From Neoechinorhynchus agilis (taxonomy: Eukaryota > Animalia > Acanthocephala): a stretch of 64,000 nucleotides of DNA. Shown one piece after another: positions 24,601 to 37,731 of the stretch. The position numbers and the translations under genes were made by a program. A model generated the notes under the pieces. The model saw nothing but the letters and a program-made list of their open reading frames with translations, was not told the origin of the DNA and searched no databases. The stretch spans positions 19,012,784 through 19,076,783 of the forward strand of contig CM121341.1 in assembly GCA_051530055.1 (NCBI GenBank). Reading direction: 5' to 3'. The first letter of the stretch is position 1, and every line of letters begins with the position of its first letter.

Positions 24601-27600
24601 TGCAAATCTGGATCTCTTTCCGAGTAACAACATTAACAAAGATTCTACTTCAAAATGTCGGAACTAAAAGAAGACAAACGAATGGCGAGGGACTCAGTGG
24701 AAAGGCACACACGATGGCTATGAATATTTAGCTCTCGTCATTTTCATATAATCCGTGCCATCTCATCATCATTGTCTCCGTTACCCACTGCGATTCGCAA
24801 AACGAAATTGACATCATTTGCTTTATCAAGTCGCGATACAAAACAAGTAAAACCCTAGAGTATTTCTAGTACCCTTTCTCGATATTTTTCTTTTAATAAT
24901 CGATGGAAAGACGGGAAAAATAAAGTTGACTGATCTCTTAGAAGCGATTTTGGAAAGAAAAGATTTAAAGTTTACTATTCCACTTTGTCGCATAGTTGGA
25001 AGATCCATTCCTGTAAGAATGGTACTATGACTTAGCTATTCACTGTCTGCTAACGAAGTATCCAAAACCTTACCAAGGACCGGATGATTCCTAGCATTTT
25101 TAAGGTACGCAAACACAATAATTCGATTGCCAGCCATTTTTCTATTACCTAAGGTAGAACGATATTGGGAGAAAAAGGTGGCGAGAAATCTCGGAAAAAA
25201 ACAATCGTCTTGAACGATTGAAGAGCTCATTATTTAAGATGTTGTAGCAACGTAGGCAGTTGCCATGATCCGGACATTCGAGAAACAAATAATAAGAATT
25301 CCAAAATTTTAAATGATTGATCTGTGGGAATCCCGTTGCTCGGATTCTATTTTGATTTACCAGAGTTAGAGTGGAATCTTAAATAAAACTAGATCCCGAA
25401 TTTCCTGGCTTACTTTGCGTGCCGTGCAAATCTTGATCTCTTTCCGAGTAGCAACATTAACAAAGATTCTATTTCGAAATGTCGGAACTAATAGAAGACA
25501 AACGAATGGCGAGGGACTCAGTGGAAAGGCACACACGATGGCTATGAATATTTAGCTCTCGTCATTTTTATATAATCCGTGCCATCTCATCATCATTGTC
25601 TCCTTTACCCACTACGATTCGCAATAGGAAATTGATATCATTTGCTTTATCAAGTCGCGATACAAAACAAGTAAAACCCAAGAGTATTTCTAGTACCCTT
25701 TCTCGATATTTTTCTTTTAATAATCGATTAAAAGACGGGAAAAATAAAGTTGACTGATCTCCTAGAAGCGATTAAGGAAAGAAAAGATTTAAAAGTTTAA
25801 TATTCAACTTTGTCGCATAGTTGGAAGATCCATTCCTGTAAGAATGGTACTATGACTTAGCTATTCACTGTCTGCTAACGAAGTATCCAAAACTTTACCA
25901 AGGGCCGGATGATTCCTAGCATTTTTAAGGTACGCAAACACAATAATTCGATTGCTAGCCATTTTTCTATTACCTGAAGTAGAACGAAATTGGGAGAAAA
26001 AGATGGCGAGAAATCTCGGAAAAAGAATCCTCGTGAACGATTCAAGAATTCATTATTTAAGATGTTGCAGCAACGTGGGCAGTTGCCATGATATGGACAT
26101 TCCGGAAAAAAATTAAAAAATTCCACAATATTAAACGATTGATCTGTGGGAATCCCGTTGCTCGGATTTTATTTTGATTTACCAGAGTTAGAGTTTAATC
26201 TTCAATAAAACTAAATCCCGAATTTCCTGGCTTACTTTGCGTGCCGTGCAAATCTGGATCGCTTTCCGAGTAGCAACATTAACAAAGATTCTACTTCGAA
26301 ATGTCGGAACTAATAGAAGACAAACGAAAGGCGAGGGACTCAGTGGAAAGGCACACACGATGGCTATGAATATTTAGCTCTCGTCATTTTCATATAATCC
26401 GTGCCATCTCATCATCATTGTCTCCTTTACCCACTGCGATTCGCAATACGAATTTGACATCATTTTCATCATCAAGTCGCGATACAAAACAAGTAAAACC
26501 TAAGAGTATTTCTAGTACCCTTTCCCGATATTTTTCTTTTAATAATCGATGGAAAGACGGGAAAAATAAAGTTGACTGATCTCTTAGAAGCGATTTTGGA
26601 AAGAAAAGATTTAAAAGTTTACAATTCAACTTTGTCGCATAGTTGGAAAATCGATTATTCTAAGAATGGTTCTATGACTAAGCTATTCGCTGTCTCCAAA
26701 CGAAGTAGCTAAAACCTTACAAAAGACCTGATGAATCCAAGCATTTTTAAGGCACGCAAACACAATAATGCGATTGCCTGCCATTTTTCTATTACCTAAG
26801 GTAGAACGAAATTACGAGAAAAACGTGGCGAGAAATCTCGTAAAAAACAATCGTCTTGAACGGTTGAAGAACTCATTATTTAAGATGTTGTAGCAACGTA
26901 GGCAGTTACCGTGATCCGGACATTCCGAAAACAAATAATAAGAATTCCAAAATTTTAAATGATTGATCTTCGGGAATCCCGTTGCTCGGATTCTATTTTG
27001 ATTTACCAGAGTTAGAGTGGAATCTTAAATAAAACTAGATCCCGAATTTCCTGGCTTACTTTGCGTGCCGTGCAAATCTTGATCTCTTTCCGAGTAGCAA
27101 CATTAACAAAGATTCTATTTCGAAATGTCGGAACTAATAGAAGACAAACGAATGTCGAGGGACTCAGTGGAAAGGCACACACGATGGCTATGAATATTTA
27201 GCTCTCGTCATTTTTATATAATCCGTGCCATCTCATCATCATTGTCTCCTTTACCCACTACGATTCGCAATAGGAAATTGATATCATTTGCTTTATCAAG
27301 TCGCGATACAAAACAAGTAAAACCCAAGAGTATTTCTAGTACCCTTTCTCGATATTTTTCTTTTAATAATCGATTAAAAGACGGGAAAAATAAAGTTGAC
27401 TGATCTCCTAGAAGCGATTAAGGAAAGAAAAGATTTAAAAGTTTAATATTCAACTTTGTCGCATAGTTGGAAGATCCATTCCTGTAAGAATGGTACTATG
27501 ACTTAGCTTTTCACTGTCTGCTAACGAAGTATCCAAAACCTTACCAAGGACCGGATGATTCCTAGCATTTTTAAGGTACGCAAACACAATAATTCGATTG

Positions 27601-30600
27601 CTAGCCATTTTTCTATTACCTAAGGTAGAACGATATTAGGAGAAAAAGGTGACGAGAAATCTCGGAAAAAAACAATCGTCTTGAACGATTGAAGAGCTCA
27701 TTATTTAAGATGTTGTAGCAACGTAGGCAGTTGCCATGATCCGGACATTCGAGAAACAAATAATAAGAATTCCAAAATTTTAAATGATTGATCTGTGGGA
27801 ATCCCGTTGCTCGGATTCTATTTTGATTTACCAGAGTTAGAGTGGAATCTCAAATAAAACTAGATCCCGAAATTTCCTGGCTTACTTTGCGTGCCGTGCA
27901 AATCTTGATCTCTTTCCGAGTAGCAACATTAACAAAGATTCTATTTCGAAATGTCGGAACTAATAGAAGACAAACGAATGGCGAGGGACTCAGTGGAAAG
28001 GCACACACGATGGCTATGAATATTTAGCTCTCGTCATTTTTATATAATCCGTGCCATCTCATCATCATTGTCTCCTTTACCCACTACGATTCGCAATAGG
28101 AAATTGATATCATTTGCTTTATCAAGTCGCGATACAAAACAAGTAAAACCCAAGAGTATTTCTAGTACCCTTTCTCGATATTTTTCTTTTAATAATCGAT
28201 TAAAAGACGGGAAAAATAAAGTTGACTGATCTCCTAGAAGCGATTAAGGAAAGAAAAGATTTAAAAGTTTAATATTCAACTTTGTCGCATAGTTGGAAGA
28301 TCCATTCCTGTAAGAATGGTACTATGACTTAGCTATTCACTGTATGCTAACGAAGTATCCAAAACTTTACCAAGGGCCGGATGATTCCTAGCATTTTTAA
28401 GGTACGCAAACACAATAATTCGATTGCTAGCCATTTTTCTATTACCTGAAGTAGAACGAAATTGGGAGAAAAAGATGGCGAGAAATCTCGGAAAAAGAAT
28501 CCTCGTGAACGATTCAAGAATTCATTATTTAAGATGTTGCAGCAACGTGGGCAGTTGCCATGATATGGACATTCCGGAAAAAAATTAAAAAATTCCACAA
28601 TATTAAACGATTGATCTGTGGGAATCCCGTTTCTCGCATTCTATTTTGATTTACCAGAGTTAGAGTTTAATCTCCAATAAAACTAAATCCCGAATTTCCT
28701 GGCTTACTTTGCGTGCCGTGCAAATCTGGATCGCTTTCCGAGTAGCAACATTAACAAAGATTCTACTTCGAAATGTCGGAACTAATAGAAGACAAACGAA
28801 TGGCGAGGGACTCAGTGGAAAGGCACACACGATGGCTATGAATATTTAGCTCTCGTCATTTTCATATAATCCGTGCCATCTCATCATCATTGTCTCCTTT
28901 ACCCACTGCGATTCGCAATACGAATTTGACATCATTTTCATCATCAAGTCGCGATACAAAACAAGTAAAACCTAAGAGTATTTCTAGTACCCTTTCCCGA
29001 TATTTTTCTTTTAATAATCGATGGAAAGACGGGAAAAATAAAGTTGACTGATCTCTTAGAAGCGATTTTGGAAAGAAAAGATTTAAAAGTTTACAATTCA
29101 ACTTTGTCGCATAGTTGGAAAATCGATTATTTTAAGAATGGTTCTATGACTAAGCTATTCGCTGTCTCCAAACGAAGTAGCTAAAACCTTACCAAAGACC
29201 TGATGAATCCAAGCATTTTTAAGGCACGCAAACACAATAATGCGATTGCCTGCCATTTTTCTATTACCTAAGGTAGAACGAAATTTCGAGAAAAAGGTGG
29301 CGAGAAATCTCGTAAAAAACAATCGTCTTGAACGGTTGAAGAACTCATTATTTAAGATGTTGTAGCAACGTAGGCAGTTACCGTGATCCGGACATTCCGA
29401 AAACAAATAATAAGAATTCCAAAATTTTAAATGATTGATCTGTGGGAATCCCGTTGCTCGGATTCTATTTTGATTTACCAGAGTTAGAGTGGAATCTTAA
29501 ATAAAACTAGATCCCGAATTTCCTGGCTTACTTTGCGTGCCGTGCAAATCTTGATCTCTTTCCGAGTAGCAACATTAACAAAGATTCTATTTCGAAATGT
29601 CGGAACTAATAGAAGACAAACGAATGGCGAGGGACTCAGTGGAAAGGCACACACGATGGCTATGAATATTTAGCTCTCGTCATTTTTATATAATCCGTGC
29701 CATCTCATCATCATTGTCTCCTTTACCCACTACGATTCGCAATAGGAAATTGATATCATTTGCTTTATCAAGTCGCGATACAAAACAAGTAAAACCCAAG
29801 AGTATTTCTAGTACCCTTTCTCGATATTTTTCTTTTAATAATCGATTAAAAGACGGGAAAAATAAAGTTGACTGATCTCCTAGAAGCGATTAAGGAAAGA
29901 AAAGATTTAAAAGTTTAATATTCAACTTTGTCGCATAGTTGGAAGATCCATTCCTGTAAGAATGGTACTATGACTTAGCTATTCGCTGTCTGCTAACGAA
30001 GTATCCAAAACTTTACCAAGGGCCGGATGATTCCTAGCATTTTTAAGGTACGCAAACACAATAATTCGATTGCTAGCCATTTTTCTATTACCTGAAGTAG
30101 AACGAAATTGGGAGAAAAAGATGGCGAGAAATCTCGGAAAAAACAATCGTCTTGAACGATTGAAGAACTCATTATTTAAGATGTTGTAGCAACGTAGGCA
30201 GTTGCCATGATCCGGACATTCTGGAAACAAATAATAAGAATTCCAAAATTTTAAATGATTGATCTGTGGGAATCCCGTTGCTCGGATTCTATTTTGATTT
30301 ACCAGAGTTAGAGTGGAATCTTAAATAAAACTAGATCCCGAATTTCCTGGCTTACTTTGCGTGCCGTGCAAATCTTGATCTCTTTCCGAGTAGCAACATT
30401 AACAAAGATTCTATTTCGAAATGTCGGAACTAATAGAAGACAAACGAATGGCGAGGGACTCAGTGGAAAGGCACACACGATGGCTATGAATATTTAGCTC
30501 TCGTCATTTTTATATAATCCGTGCCATCTCATCATCATTGTCTCCTTTACCCACTACGATTCGCAATAGGAAATTGATATCATTTGCTTTATCAAGTCGC

Positions 30601-32240
30601 GATACAAAACAAGTAAAACCCAAGAGTATTTCTAGTACCCTTTCTCGATATTTTTCTTTTAATAATCGATTAAAAGACGGGAAAAATAAAGTTGACTGAT
30701 CTCCTAGAAGCGATTAAGGAAAGAAAAGATTTAAAAGTTTAATATTCAACTTTGTCGCATAGTTGGAAGATCCATTCCTGTAAGAATGGTACTATGACTT
30801 AGCTATTCACTGTCTGCTAACGAAGTATCCAAAACTTTACCAAGGGCCGGATGATTCCTAGCATTTTTAAGGTACGCAAACACAATAATTCGATTGCTAG
30901 CCATTTTTCTATTACCTGAAGTAGAACGAAATTGGGAGAAAAAGATGGCGAGAAATCTCGGAAAAACAATCCTCGTGAACGATTCAAGAACTCATTATTT
31001 AAGATGTTGCAGCAACGTGGGCAGTTGCCATGATCCGGACATTCCGGAAACAAATAATAAGAATTCCAAAATTTTAAATGATTGATCTGTGGGAATCCCG
31101 TTGCTCGGATTCTATTTTGATTTACCAGAGTTAGAGTGGAATCTTAAATAAAACTAGATCCCGAATTTCCTGGCTTACTTTGCGTGCCGTGCAAATCTTG
31201 ATCTCTTTCCGAGTAGCAACATTAACAAAGATTCTATTTCGAAATGTCGGAACTAATAGAAGACAAACGAATGGCGAGGGACTCAGTTGAAAGGCACACG
31301 CGATGGCTATGAATATTTAGCTCTCGTCATTTTTATATAATCCGTGCCATCTCATCATCATTGTCTCCTTTACCCACTACGATTCGCAATAGGAAATTGA
31401 TATCATTTGCTTTATCAAGTCGCGATACAAAACAAGTAAAACCCAAGAGTATTTCTAGTACCCTTTCTCGATATTTTTCTTTTAATAATGGATTAAAAGA
31501 CGGGAAAAATAAAGTTGACTGATCTCCTAGAAGCGATTAAGGAAAGAAAAGATTTAAAAGTTTAATATTCAACTTTGTCGCATAGTTGGAAGATCCATTC
31601 CTGTAAGAATGGTACTATGACTTAGCTATTCGCTGTCTGCAAACGAAGTATCCAAAACTTTACCAAGGGCCGGATGATTCCTAGCATTTGTAAGGTACGC
31701 AAACACAATAATTCGATTGCTAGCCATTTTTCTATTACCTGAAGTAGAACGAAATTGGGAGAAAAAGATGGCGAGAAATCTCGGAAAAACAATCCTCGTG
31801 AACGATTCAAGAATTCATTATTTAAGATGTTGCAGCAACGTGGGCAGTTGCCACGATATGGACATTCCGGAAAAAAATTAAAAAATTCCACAATATTAAA
31901 CGATTGATCTGTGGGAATCCCGTTGCTCGCATTCTATTTTGATTTACCAGAGTTAGAGTTTAATCTTCAATAAAACTAAATCCCGAATTTCCTGGCTTAC
32001 TTTGCGTGCCGTGCAAATCTGGATCGATTCTACTTCAAAATGTCGGAACTAATAGAAGACAAACGAATGGCGAGGGACTCAGTGGAAAGGCACACACGAT
32101 GGCTATGAATATTTAGCTCTCGTCATTTTCATATAATCCGTGCCATCTCATAATCATTGTCTCCTTTACACGCTACGATTCGCAATACGAAATTGACATC
32201 ATTTTCATCATCAAGTCGCGAGACAGAACAAGTAAAATCC
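15631..32240. repeat. Tandem array of ~824-bp units: 20 full copies plus a ~160-bp partial copy
   Basis: Anchor A(G/A)TGGAAAGGCACAC at 15631, 16455, 17279, 18103, 18926, 19750, 20573, 21397, 22223, 23047, 23870, 24696, 25520, 26342, 27166, 27992, 28814, 29638, 30462, 31285 (variant AGTTGAAAGG), 32081; units are 822-826 bp and the last full unit is 796 bp. Confidence 0.98.
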
Positions 32241-34403
32241 TACACCACAAGTTGCTCGATGCGAAAAGCCGTAAGAATGAACACTGCATTTTGACGAATC
32301 AGAACAATTTACGTAATCTATAAAATGTGTGGTTTAATGAAATCTTCTAAGCACTGGAATTTAGGTGTGTTTATCGAAATTGCACCGCTGAAGTGGGATC
32401 TTTTTCTCAATATTTTATCAAGCAAGGCTTCAAAGGCACCTTAGATTATTGTAATTTTAATGTTGCCTAGATCGGTTGTTCTGTGGTCTACTAAAGAATT
32501 GCAAACAGAATGGTTTTTACCTCTCAATTAAATGTTCCAAAGGCCTTCTTTGATGCAGCTAATAAATGAAATCGGAAATCTATAACGTTCACTCATGAGT
32601 AAGCAATCATTGGTCATCTTTCGTCCACAGTCCTTTCAGATATTTTTTAAATTTATGTGGGTCTTCAAATGCTCACGATTACGGTTTGCCAGAATGGCAA
32701 AGGTGCTCTTAATATCCATCCGGGTTTCATTCAGCTGGGAAGGGATGCAAACGTGAAATTCACTTTTAAATACTATATCTCCTATTTTCGAACTGTTAAA
32801 TAAACACCATGCTTACTGGCGGTTATAGCGCGTGGGAAAACATTACTCTAAATCATGCATTTCTAATAAAATTCTAAAACAGAAATGCGTTGGAACGTTA
32901 ACTTACCGAACGTCAATTTAGATTTCAATTTGTGCTCTTGCGAAATACTATTTAATTTTGCAGCCGCATGATTGGTCAATTTTTTAATTGACACCTGGGC
33001 AATCTGTTGCAATGATCAGCAATCTACGACGGCGCGTGGAGATGTGAAGTGTGTTAAAGCAGCGACATCGAATAAGAAAGTTCGTCCCGCTTGTTGAGCA
33101 GTTCTAAAGTTTTATCGAGCTGATGTCTAGAACTCGCCGCCGCATTGTCTGCGAAAACGCCATTCCTTCCGCTTCCAACCGTCCGGACATAAGTGGTACC
33201 GAGGATATAGATATTTCTACCGTGCTTTGAACATGGTATGGCCACGATTTTGCGTCCGGATTAAGTGCGTTGCGAACGTGTTCCCTGAAACCTTGACGAA
33301 AAGGCCGTTCATTTTTCCATATCTGTGGATTAACCCGCGATCGTTCGCAGATCATCTCTTAAACCACGTTGCTTCCAGTTCAAATTGAATATTGTTGGCG
33401 ATTTGTGTCCATTGACTTTCTCGGTACGTACACGCACATCAAGGACGGTGCTGTACATATTTCCAGCGTTTCGAGATGTCCATTTCTCGTCAGGATTCGC
33501 CTAAATGTAGGCGCGCTTCTGTGGACAGCGATTCTCAAGATTATATATATCGGTGAAAATTTCACTAGCGACGTCCGAAAGGTGCTTCTACGATCGAGAA
33601 TGGGTGCCCGGATTGTCCAAACGCCGGAAATATGTACAGCATCGTGCCTTGGGAATTCCGTGGACACAAAAGATTGTAGAAACTTTCTCGTGAGTGGTAT
33701 ATCTACTAGAGTTCGAAATATCATCGTTTCATTTTTTTCAAAACACGAATTCTGTAATTGTGGATATTCTTAAGCAGCTTTCAGTTAAAGACATTTCAAT
33801 AGCAAAGGGATATTGTTCCCGATTATATATGAAACTAAATTCCACAGTACCTCATGTAAGATTGGTCCCTGAGAACCTCTGTTGCTTTGACTTCATTTTC
33901 TTTGACCAGAAGTAGAGTGGAGACTAGATAAAAAGATAGGATCAAATATTTTCGAAATAGACGATTTTCCTGAATGATTCCGAATCCCATTGCATGTTTA
34001 CCCCATTGGTCCTATGAGAAACCAATTTTACTAAAATTCTGAGAGTTGGTATTATGTTAGATATTAGTGACGAATAGTGTTTAAAAATGAGCAGCAAATG
34101 TATCTTGCTTCAAAGATTTTAAAGCACTAATTTGAGAGTTTGTAACTAAAAATGTTCAACTATCTTCTGGATCGATCGGCACTGTTCAAAAATAAACATT
34201 ATTACTAAAGAGCGGATTCAAAAACTAATCAAAACTGACGGTAAAAAATTGTGACTGTGTTGTGTTTTTTAAGAGACTCGAGATTCGTCCACGGTTAAAT
34301 GTACACAACGGTTGGGGATGAGGAGGAGGACTGATGTTTAAGATGACATCTCACTTAATCACTAAAATAATCTTACCTAAAAGGATTCGATAACTTTTAT
34401 TTT

Positions 34404-35534
34404 TCACGCGAAAATGTTTGTACTGCATCCAATGAATTGTTTTATGGGCTCAAAGTACGACCGTTTCCAACCTTCGGTACAGTTATCTATGAACCGATCA
34501 GGGACGTTTTCTTGTCTTAGCTCAAGGAGGGTGTGGTCTCCTTTATCTAAAAGTCTGATGGTGACTGTGGACATGAGACCATGAGGCCAGTTTCTGAGAC
34601 GCCACTTCATTCGAATACATTCATTTTGTAGTTTTTCAAGAAATTGGCCTTCGACATTACCGTCGTAAAGCACAAAGAATTGTTGGTCGAACTGTTGGCA
34701 ATTGCCTCTGGTCCACATTCTAACCAGATCCGGATCGGTCAGACATTTATAGACAAGATCCATCTCGCACTTGAATTCCTCGCTGATCGAAACTGTGTTC
34801 GTTTCCAGAGCGCCTGAAGAAGTTGCTGTTTGTTCAGTATCGAAAGCGGAATCTCTGGTAAAAAGAACCACCTTTGTTTAAAAAAGATTACGCTTTCATT
34901 CTTAGAGACCTAAAGCTCATATCGAGTAATTCGATCTTGAAGAAGGTAAAAGGATCGAATGACTCGATTCAAGCATGTCACCGTGTTTCTCTTCTTGGTA
35001 TCGATCAACAATTAAATGGACGTCGTTCGATTTCTTAGTGGGCAAGATCAAATCCTTCGCATATTGGAGCAAATCCTCGTGGTACCGCTTGAACAACGGA
35101 ACCAGTGATTGAAATCCTTCCTTCAACACAAACGATCTAACATTGAGATCATCTTCGTCTTGAACATCAGCCCGCACTTCCTTCGTCCAGTCCTTCACGT
35201 CGTGTGTTAGTTCAAAAACGGTCAGTTTTCCCTTGCTGGTTCCACTACAGTCAAAGCTTTCTACTTGGTAAGATATTGTCAAATTCCAATCGAACACAAC
35301 GATCAGCTTTCCTTTTCGATTACACACCATCGAGTCACCCTCCATTAGAGAAACTTCCTCAAACTTACCTCTGAAAAACTTGTTCTCGAACCGGATCGAA
35401 GCAATCGCGCTCTTAAAGAAGTCCTGACTCCACGAATCAGCCGATTTCTCACGCCAATGCCAATTGTTCACATTAACAGAATCGGGCCGATCTTCAACAA
35501 TCCAACGAGGATCACCTTCACCCAAGCGAGCCAT
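34404..35534 (-). CDS. AHSA1: Activator of Hsp90 ATPase 1 (Aha1); two ORF segments joined by one or more short introns in ~34860-35010
   Basis: MARLGEGDPRWIVEDRPDSVNVNNWHWREK is the Aha1 N-terminus; the second segment is the START-like domain (LYDGNVEG..WRLRNWP..GWKRSYFEPIK). Confidence 0.92.
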
Positions 35535-35644
35535 TGTGCCTAGCTAAGAAAATGAGTACTAACAAATTCGAAAATAAAACAAAAGCTCTTCTTGCACAAT
35601 AGCGCACATTCATAAAAAAAATTGAAAAATGAAACTGCTCATAA

Positions 35645-35900
35645 CTGCTGTGTTCGGCTCAATCCGGAGCCTTTATCAAGATCTGAAAGGTTAAGAGAAC
35701 ATTTACACGACTCTCATCTATAAAACGTAGTCCGCTTTGTTGCCTTCCATCGTTTTTGTCGAATTATTATGGCCTCCATTATAACCCTGTCAATGCGTAA
35801 GTCACTGCGAACCATGATTTTGGTTTTATCAAAATCCATAAGCTTAGCTTTAATGAACAACAAAATGTTGCAAAAAATCGATATTTAATCGTTTCGAGAT
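35645..35900 (-). mobile_element. Penelope 3' remnant with degenerate hammerhead
   Basis: MDFDKTKIMVRSDLRIDRVIMEAIIIRQK/TMEGNKADYVL, followed by TTGATAA-A-GGCTC-CGGATT-GAGCC-GAAC. Confidence 0.7.
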
Positions 35901-37731
35901 GGTGTCCGGAAATTATAAAACTCTTTCTTGGGAAACTTTAATCGTTGAAAATTTATTAATAACGAAAGTTTAGCGGTGTACACTTCAAAGAATAACAAGG
36001 CTATTTACTGATGATTGGAAGAGCAATAGTTTCTAGATTACAGGCACGTTGAATTATCCTCAAATGTAGCGCAATTTGATGTTGTGTTCAATTTAACGAA
36101 ATCGAAGAGTTTCATAGGAAAACGTACGAAACGCACAAAGTTAAAATTTCAACTGCAATACAGTAGAACAATCTAACGTTCGAATAGCACTTAAAAAGCA
36201 AGTCAACGTCCTTTCAAAAGAAAAGCAGTAATCAAATCGACTTTATCCGCGAAAAGAAAATTTCAAGCAAGCCAGTTGTCATGATATAAATTCGATCGAA
36301 CACTAACGACCTTTGAGAATTGAGCTTTGCACTGGTGTGGGTTTGTTTCTGTGATTATTCCCGGTATTTCTCTGCATTATTTTCATGTGAATATGTAGAA
36401 AATTTATAAGTTATAGATTATAATTTAAAGCCACAGTGAATTTTTTCTTTCTAAAAAACACTCATGATCGATGAACGGAAGCGAACGAGATACTTTTTGC
36501 AAAACGTCTATATTGCAAAAAGTTTAGTAACGATAAAACTAGCGATAAAGTTCTTAATCAGTTTTTTCCTAACTTGCGATTAACAAAATTGTTTAGGAAA
36601 ATTACGTGAGTTCACCGAAGAACAATTTGCAAAATAAGCAATTTCAAATAATAGAAAACAAATTCTCAACTTTTTCGAGAAGTGCTTTAATTTCAATTTG
36701 GATTCGATGTTCTTGGTTACAAAGAAAACAATGTGTTCTAGAAGTTTGGAATGCAAATAATAAAATTCTGAGACGGGACTTAATAAGGTACGGATAATGT
36801 GAGCGATTTCTACTAAAGCTCGGTTTCGTCCACTTTAAGTCTAAGGTCCTAAGATCGATGGCCCAGAAAATTAGGGTTTCTTAATCAAAAAAATCATCTT
36901 CAGATTTTTATTAGACTTAGTATCACACCCTGATAGTTTTCTGGATCCAGCTCCCGCACTTCCAGCAATAGTTTAAAACTTTAGATTGTCGCATTTACTT
37001 AGTCGTTAAAAACTTCCAGCTAAAAATGTTTACTTAAGCGCAAGCGATCGATAACTCTGATCTGTTTTCAAAAAATTAAAAAATGTTTAAATACTCAACG
37101 GCTAGTAAACTGTTCCGTAGAAAGATTCTTTGCTCTATTTGGTTTGTAAAATCGTTGATTCATTGACGATCTTGTACAGTAGCAATATTTTAGGATTGCT
37201 TAAAATTAAATTTAGACACATTTCGCTTAAAGATTAACCAAGAAACTATTTTCCTTGAATTTTCTGTCAAGTTTGATATTCCTTCGGCATAATTCTACCC
37301 ATTTGTAGACAGACAATAAAACCATGAATTGGTATGGAGATCCTTTTTAGTTAATGATTGTGAGCAAACATTCGATTTGTTTTTGCCAAGAGATTCTAAG
37401 AATTCGCTACGATATTCCTTCTGGCTCTCAAATGCGAATCCTATACATCATTTGTCATTTTGTGAAATAGAGAAACTATGTTCAAGATACGGATATGGAA
37501 CATGCCGTTACGACGGACTGAGAAGTAAAATTCGCTTTTGTCAGGATTATTTCAATTCCACAAAGTCGCGCAATCCCCCTTCAAAATGGGCATCAAAACA
37601 AAAAAACAAGTCTTAACTACCGGCTAAGTTAGTTTGACAACTACTTGATGAGTGTACGAAGTTGTTTTCGAGTCGGGACTATAAGAGAAACTGTATAGTG
37701 TACTACTCAACCATCTTTAACATATCCACGA

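Noticed and set aside
15730-31891. The many 60-153 aa ORFs in the array as functional genes
   Set aside because: Starts and stops vary between units, mostly non-ATG starts; treated as remnants of one decayed frame
15631-32240. CRISPR-like array
   Set aside because: Whole units repeat with point variants; there are no unique spacers between short repeats, and the context is eukaryotic
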